A stretch of DNA of 64,000 nt from Klebsormidium nitens. Taxonomy: Eukaryota; Plantae; Klebsormidiophyceae. Every line of letters begins with the position of its first letter. Position 1 is the first letter of the stretch. The stretch spans positions 294,699 to 358,698 of the forward strand of contig DF236973.1 in assembly GCA_000708835.1 (NCBI GenBank), given 5' to 3'. The notes under the pieces are model-generated. The model was given only the letters and a program-made list of their open reading frames with translations, had not been told where the DNA came from and searched no databases. Shown here piece by piece: positions 57,601 to 64,000 of the stretch. Made by a program: the position numbers and the translations under genes.

Positions 57601-58760
57601 TGGGTCGAAAGTCATTCGGGCACCCACTGCAAGAATGTTCCATTTTTGAGGTTTCGTGCACGGCTGGCTCACAGCAGAGCCGTTGGGTCCCACTTTTACT
57701 CCTCCTCTGCTCTTGCATCGAAATCAGTACCTTTTGAGAAGACCGGCATATGAACCGGGGCCGATGACATGCATCTCAACTATAACCCTGTCCAAATGGG
57801 CAGGCCAGAAAGTGGCGTAGACTAAAGATCGTGACAAAAGTTATGCTTGCGTTTCGCAGAGCATGGCGCAGCCCACGTCTTATTGCTGGAAGCGTGGCTC
57901 TTGGCAGTTCAGCAATCATAGACTCGCCTCAACGAGATTTCTGCCGTGAGAACGGGTGCCTATTATAGTAAATCTCGTTCTGAGTAAAATCATTCCCCAG
58001 TTCTTACCCCCTTCGGTTGTATTTAGTCTCGAGTGCAGTTGTAACCGCAATCTGACAGTTGTCAGAGGGACTTGTTTCAGTGGCTAGTATCCATCCAATG
58101 GTGCGACCGTCTTTTGCTCACATTAGGCGTGCTGCTGTGTACTCCGCCTTTTGTACACAAAACGAGCTGCTTAGAGTTTTCTCTTCAATAGTGCGGAGCG
58201 TTCAGGCTTTGAGAGTCCGGCTTTGCGGACGCATGCATAAGAGCCGACGAACGGTGAATCAATGATCCGCAGTGATTCGAAAAAGCCGGTACTCCTTTCC
58301 TTTCCACATAAGCTGCGCCAGGTCCATGGATTCGTGCTGAGAAATATACTTTTGCCCGGAGACTATATGTGCTCCGTTCCTGCAGCTAGGAAAACCAACC
58401 AGGTTGTTAAATCCATCCGTTCCTCGTGCGCTGCTCTTCAACGGATTCGAGATCGGATCATGCTGCACGAACCGCTTGCTTCTTACCGCAGTAATGAAGA
58501 ACCTGCATGGGTGGCCTTCTTAAGGCAGCCACGCTCCCTGTTGAACCTCTTGAGGCTGCCAGCAGACGTACGTTATGAATTTGTTCGAATAAGGTACACG
58601 CGAGGAAACAAGCTCTTCCGTTTCTTGATGATGGAAACGCTTTGCGATTCCATAGATTGGTGCCTACGTATGATCATGCTGTAGGCCTCGGTAAGAGATG
58701 GGCGAACCTGTAGAAAGCTCACAGCCCATTCCTTACAAGCTGCATTCGACGTGTGGTCGC
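54700..58760 (-). pseudogene. Decayed copy A of an unidentified duplicated gene or element
   Basis: Colinear similarity with 61785..64000 in five blocks. Broken minus-strand frames share peptides with copy B (GTVLIG(Q)MLVILAA.LL, WRIRLPALA, VQEP, FNRS.ISGT.VL.KA, P..TE.YS.II) but contain many stops and frameshifts. Confidence 0.5.
57119..57136. repeat. Interstitial telomere-like fragment (CCCTAAAA)2CC
   Basis: CCCTAAAACCCTAAAACC is the reverse complement of TTTTAGGG repeats; it is absent at the aligned position in copy B (about 63335). Confidence 0.55.
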
Positions 58761-59814
58761 ATTGCTTAGCTATAGAAACGGGTAGCCTTCGGCTGTCCCC
58801 GCGTGGGAGGCGCGCAAAGGTAACAAACCATCCCAATCCACCTGTTTCTGGCCCAGACTGTGAAATCGCCTTTCCGCCCCAACTTTTTGAGACCCGTGCT
58901 TCTAGATAGACTGAGCATGTCGTCCTAATTTACAAGGCCTGGCCAGTCTTAAAAGCAGCAAGGATGTCATAGAGCAGGCATATGCATATGCCAAGATCCC
59001 CTAGCTGGTCGACTGCCTTCCCTGATGCTGCTGATTACGAAGCTCCGTTGAGCAATTCAAATGCACCTGCTTCGTGGGAGTTTTGGGTTGGCAAGCGCCA
59101 CAATAGCGTTTTCGAGCATGCCCACGAATCCCCTTAGAGACGGAAGTTTGGAGCGAACTTCGGAAGCCGTCATTCCGCGGTGCTAGTAGCCCACCAGATT
59201 TTATGCGCATTTACCAGGGTGCTTCGGGACGGAGCCCACGAGTGGAATTCACTGTACAAGCACACGCGTGCAACAGTATATAGTCGTACATCATCGGTCA
59301 AGGTCCTCGCCCTTCTTCTTGGCAGCACGAAACCTGCTAAATCATTTTCGTCTCAATCTTTTTGAAAATTTTGAATGCGACTTTATCAATACGCATCTGA
59401 CAAAGATCCAAGCTTTCGTAGTATTAGTAGGGTCTGTTGCGGCAAGGAAATACGTCACCAGGACCTGCCGGCTTTCAACGGGCCAGCGGGGGATTGATGA
59501 AGATACCGAGCCACTTCGCATGCGTACAAATCAACTGTTTACTACCTTCACTTCCTAGATTCTTCGCAATCTTTTGAGCATCTCGAGCAAATGATCAACA
59601 CGCAACACGGCTGTGATGTTTGTTCTGATTTGCATACGTTGTGCGGGCACTGTCTTACCACTCTTGAGGTGCAAGTGCGGGGACTCTGCAATGAGCGCTT
59701 TCCAACTCAAAAAGGGGGTTTCTGCAAGGTGATTCGATCACTTTCCACTTACGCGGCTGGGACGAACTAGCTGTGGCATTCAGCCGCTCGTCCGGCTGGA
59801 ATTGTCACGTCGCA

Positions 59815-60451
59815 ATGGAAGACAGCAATCCTACGCCGCTCGTGATCCGGCCCTTTGAGCCACTTCGTACGAATCATGCAGGAGACCAACGTTATCCAAA
59901 GGTATTCATGGTTTGCCGTGTGGAAAACATCAGATTGCCGATTCTAAAAGATCTCAAGGACGCGCCACTTCGCGTGTTGCGATGCTTCGGAGTAGAGTAC
60001 TGCCGGCGACTCGTGACCGAGTTGCCTGGATCGAGGGAAGGATGGAAGCCGGGGGTAAGCATCAATTGCTTCACCAGGGCTCCGTCAATTGCTGGGCACT
60101 TAGACGGGACCCGTTACATGACATGCTGCATCGCTGTACGGGTTGTGGCACCTTCGCAGACTGGCTTCGCCCCTCCGGCTTGGGCTTATGTCGCTTTGAA
60201 GGAACGGATTCTGCGGATCAGACAGGAAGAGTCTCTGGACAGCCGATTGCATGCAGTGGCTACTTGCAGTCCTCCTTTCACGTCTCGAAATTAGCCGCCA
60301 TGTTTTCAGAAAGTTATGCTTTCCGGACGCGGCAGGGACGAAGGGAAAATTGGCACAAAATTGGGCCAACTTTGAACATTTGGGGTCGGAGCCGCTACCA
60401 ATCTCACCGATGCCTCCTGATTTCACGCGTGGGCAGACCTCCAGAACATAA
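59815..60451 (+). CDS. Candidate small two-exon gene of unknown function (about 144 aa)
   Basis: Exon 59815..60054 (MEDSNPTPLVIRPFEP...GWKPG) ends at a strong GG|GTAAGC donor. The acceptor ATGCAG|TGG at 60256 continues in phase 0 (WLLAVLLSRLEISRHVFRKLCFPD...) to TAA at 60451. No recognised domain. Confidence 0.45.
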
Positions 60452-60865
60452 AAACTCTCGTCAAGCTAGCCCTCTTCCGCTTAACCTGACCGGCTCTCAT
60501 TGACCAGCGAGTTGTTATTAAGCAGTCATCATCACGCTGCATGTATTTTATCTCAGCTCAAGTTACTGACTGAACGACTCGGGTTGACATATTGAATCGG
60601 GTCGATAACAGCAAGATCGGTTGGTCGGGCATCATGCGTCGAGATCATGGGTGCGATCGAAGCTAGTCTGCCTGAAATCTCATTGGGGCGCAGACTTTGC
60701 TGCCCTTAATCCTTGCACGTCGGCAACGAAAAGGAGAAACTGGCAATCAAGCTGGAAAAGCCAGTACCATTCTGCTCTTGAGCCGCCAACTTTGAAGGAA
60801 TTGTGGTCCTGGTTGGGACTCGAGCCGTTGATGTTTAAAAAAATACCGGCACTCGGACTGTCGCT

Positions 60866-61501
60866 TTAAGAATGAATCATAACAGAAGGAGCTGATACGG
60901 CGTGCAGATATAAACTTGGGCACTCGACGCTCAGCGACTTTCTTAGCGATCTTTCTGCGCCACGAAAGTCACATTTTTGCAACATCCTCTTTCGACTCTT
61001 CAGCTTGCGAGCGGCAATGATGGTATGCTCCTGGCTTCCAGTAGCGAAAGCCAGAGCTCTGGCATATCCCACTCTGACGCCCCTCATGTTTCTTGCTTCC
61101 TGAGCAACCAAGCACTGGTCGATGACCACCGTTTGATCAGCACCGATATTTAGTCGATCTCAAAGCGGCAAGGAGGCTAGCGCTATATCATACGCGCCCG
61201 TCAATTTGAAATCGACCTTCACAAGATCTTCGCTTTCCGTTACTTCTCTGCCGCTCAGCTGCGGAGATTTTCCTAGGAAGTGGTCGTGGGCGCTCTGAAT
61301 GATTGATTTCTAGTTGTTTTTGAACACGTACATTCTGGCCAAGGATTGCTGCAGCTTTGTCCAGATTGTTGAGCAGAAAATGTGATCGTCTCGCTCCTTA
61401 TGAGACGGAAGCCAGTTGTTTAAGGGTGCCTGCTGATGCTGCTTACGCTTGTACCTTGTGTTTCCCACGAGCTCCTTAATCTGGTCAAGTGACTGGCGCA
61501 T
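60866..61501 (-). pseudogene. Degenerate ORF (about 210 codons in one frame, with two internal stops)
   Basis: ORFs 61310..61501 and 60866..61129 are in the same frame. The 60 codons between them (KSIIQSAHDHF...LASLPL*DRLNIG) contain a single TGA. No family recognised. Confidence 0.4.
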
Positions 61502-61784
61502 TCACGGTCACTGGCAGCAGGCTTGCAATTGACGGCCTCGCATGCGTTTAAAAAAGCCCCACTCTGGAAAGTTGACACACGGCTATATTTCACATGTCCT
61601 TTGTTCGAGAGCACTAAAGCTCGAACCAGATCATGGAGGGGAACGCTATACTCTCCGCGGCTTCAATCAACATAAACCCGAAGGGATTTTTGTCAGGAGA
61701 TGGGGGCCGCGGCCGCTTGGATCCCGCTCTTCGACACACTTCTCTTAACGGTCGATTCATCTAGCCTATGCGCTGCGTTCGTTG

Positions 61785-64000
61785 GTTCGTTCCTATTTTC
61801 TTCTCGCAATGAGGATAAGTCAAAGATGACCCTTGTTGCTCAGCGCTTATTCTGCTCTGTGCTTGCCTGCTCTACCTGCGCCTTCCTTTGACGCTTTCCT
61901 TGTAGCCTTGGAAGATCCAAAAGTTCAGCAGCAAGAATGACCAGCATCTGCCAATCAGAACAGTGCCGCTAAGCTTTGTGGCAATCGACAATTGATGCTT
62001 CACACTGGACGCTGCTTACATATGGTCGGAAAAAATGGGAACTTGCGTTTGTTCGTCGTGGATATCGATGCATCGACCCCAGTTCTTTAAACGGTTTCTT
62101 TTGAGACGTCATTCTACCACGCATGTGCAATCGCGAACCTTTATATACCAACATCTATGGCGATCGCCTTATCACTCCGTCGTGGCTGTTTTTGGTCCAG
62201 CGGTTCCTGCACATGCACGTCAGCCATTTGTCGAGGCAGCGGAGATGGAATAGTCTGGAGCCCTAAGCGAACTGATTGCTGATGCTGCACGGCAATTTTA
62301 CTCCTCTCCTATTTGGTCACTTGACACGCTTTGCGACTTCCGATGCTTCGAAGCATAAAAGACTGTGCCTGTCTAAATCGCTTCGTTTTTCGTTTATGTT
62401 GCGGCCTGGTTTGGGCGCTCGAAGGCCATAGTCTTTTCGGATCCCGCAGGCAACCTGCAGACCTGCACACTGTGGCCCGCTAATACTGGGTCTATTGTTC
62501 CATGTTGAAGTTGTTGAGGTGTTCAAAGCCTTTCAGCAGCAAGGACAAGCCAAGGCTGGCAGTCGTATGCGCCAGATGTCGTTTTTGTCGTTGACGCTGC
62601 GTTGAATGCCAAGCCAGGCAAGTAAGGCGTGCTGAGCTTAGGCATTTGACTGGTGATAAGACGGGTGTACTTTGCCCCGGGCCGGGTCTGCGGCGCCCGA
62701 ATACTCTGAACAAGCCTCAACTTTCCGCCATTGTGTCGCAATGAATCGTCGTGCCAGATTGATCAGTGCACTTGTAGTAAAAGATAACGGATGTCGGATT
62801 GATTGTGCGCTTCGTGTTCCAGCTGAAGTAGCGCGTGGCCGGCCGGCCTGGGCGACAACTTTCAGCGCGCGAGCCTGGTCACACCAACGTATCAGAGCTT
62901 TGTCTTGAAGCGATGGAGTTGGAGCTGAGGTTCCATTGACCTGTCTTGCACTGAAGAAATCACGAGCTCGGACTGCTTTGGGCTCGTAGATCTTCTGCAT
63001 TCTGTGAGGTCCGGAAAAGCTGCCAACTAGAATGAGAAACTTTCACACTCCGCACAACGTCAGAGCTTCTCTGCGTTCTCCTAAAACATGTTCGGAAGCT
63101 CTAGACGTCAAAGCGGTTGATATGATGCAGAGCCCACGTATGTAAAAGCTCAAGGTCCAACGTCGATTGCTCTTTCTATGGCAAACTCCGAAAGTGCCGG
63201 ACTTGCTTCGTACACTCGGCTCTGTAGCAACGGCTCTGCTTAATTGTCTAGTGTCGTTAGTCTAGGGGACGCCAAATGTGTCTGTACAGGAAGGACGGAC
63301 AGATTCTGGCCGCACGGAGTCGCATGCGCGGTTCATTTATGACACATGTTGTCCTGTCTCTGATGCTGCACAGTGACTCGGTAACGGGATTCGTTCTTCT
63401 CGTGAGTCTCTCGGAGGATTCAACCTATGGTCTTCTCTCTTTTATGATCCCTGTCACTTAGAGGGAAAGTCCTTTTTTGTTGATCAACCGCTTTTGATAG
63501 CACAGGAGTTCCAGAAATGGAAGACCGGTTGAATGCTTGCACGCCGAACTCAATCTTACTGCTGCTCATAACTAGCTTGGGATCGGCTGTGTCGGGACCG
63601 GCTTTGTCTTTAGCTGCCCCGGTTTTCGGTTTCCCCCACACGAGAACGAGGATTCTTGCCTGAAGGAGAGACATGTTCCACTCTCACAAACTCAAAGAGA
63701 GAAATGATCGCACTCCGGTCTAGGCTTTTTCAGCGCGCGGCAAGGACGAACGTGGCTGCCCTACCAAAGGCAACCTCAACTTGAATACAGGAAAAGAAAA
63801 GCTCTAACGCTGCAAGCAGAACGCAGAAAAAGTCATTCTTCATGCAAGCCCTCCTCGTTCTTGTCGACAAAAATCATTTCATATCTTGGTACGATTGTGC
63901 CCATGTATGATCAGGCTGTAGCCCTCGGTAAAGACGGGCGCTTCTGCATGAAACACACCGTCCGTCTAAGCTGTTCAAATCATCTTCATCTACGCACATC
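61785..64000 (-). pseudogene. Decayed copy B of the same duplicated gene or element (runs off the window end)
   Basis: Matching blocks 55250/61785, 56040/62570, 56830/63040, 57170/63365, 58670/63905, for example AGTCAAAGATGA(G/C)CCTTGTT and CACAGTGACTCGGTAACG. Confidence 0.5.

Noticed and set aside
54700-64000. Endogenous giant-virus or autonomous transposon insertion
   Set aside because: No capsid, polymerase, integrase, DDE, tyrosine recombinase or RT motifs seen; no terminal repeats identified.
1-64000. tRNA, rRNA or snRNA genes
   Set aside because: No cloverleaf or conserved rRNA/snRNA segments recognised by eye; a tRNAscan-SE or Infernal run would be needed to exclude small RNAs.

Overview
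Eukaryotic, intron-rich genomic DNA, most likely a charophyte green alga such as Klebsormidium. This is inferred from land-plant-like SAC3B/UPF3/NOC3 sequences, GT-AG introns with CTRAC branch points, and a TTTTAGGG-type telomere fragment. Manual splicing gives nine genes in strictly alternating orientation: 3' part of a SAC3B/GANP-like gene (+), an atypical SET-domain gene (-), a secreted CLCA-like zinc metalloprotease-VWA gene (+), a conserved plastid-type unknown (-), UVR-UVR-ApaG (+), a Cut8/Sts1-like gene (-), F-box/LRR (+), UPF3 (-) and NOC3 (+). These are followed by a decayed duplicated region (55-64 kb) containing one small candidate two-exon gene. Several MITE/foldback elements are present. 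I saw no rRNA, tRNA, CRISPR array or intact transposase. The most striking unexplained structure: many introns, in at least six genes and on both strands, contain tandem decaying copies of their own exon-intron junction (units about 57-200 bp). The copies sit downstream of donors and upstream of acceptors, and most keep a GT or AG. Other highlights are the CLCA-like protease with intact HExxH and MIDAS motifs plus Ala-Pro linkers, the Cut8/Sts1-like protein in a plant-lineage genome, and a 3'-UTR intron in UPF3. All gene models and family calls were made by eye from the sequence and recalled family motifs; no database searches were run.
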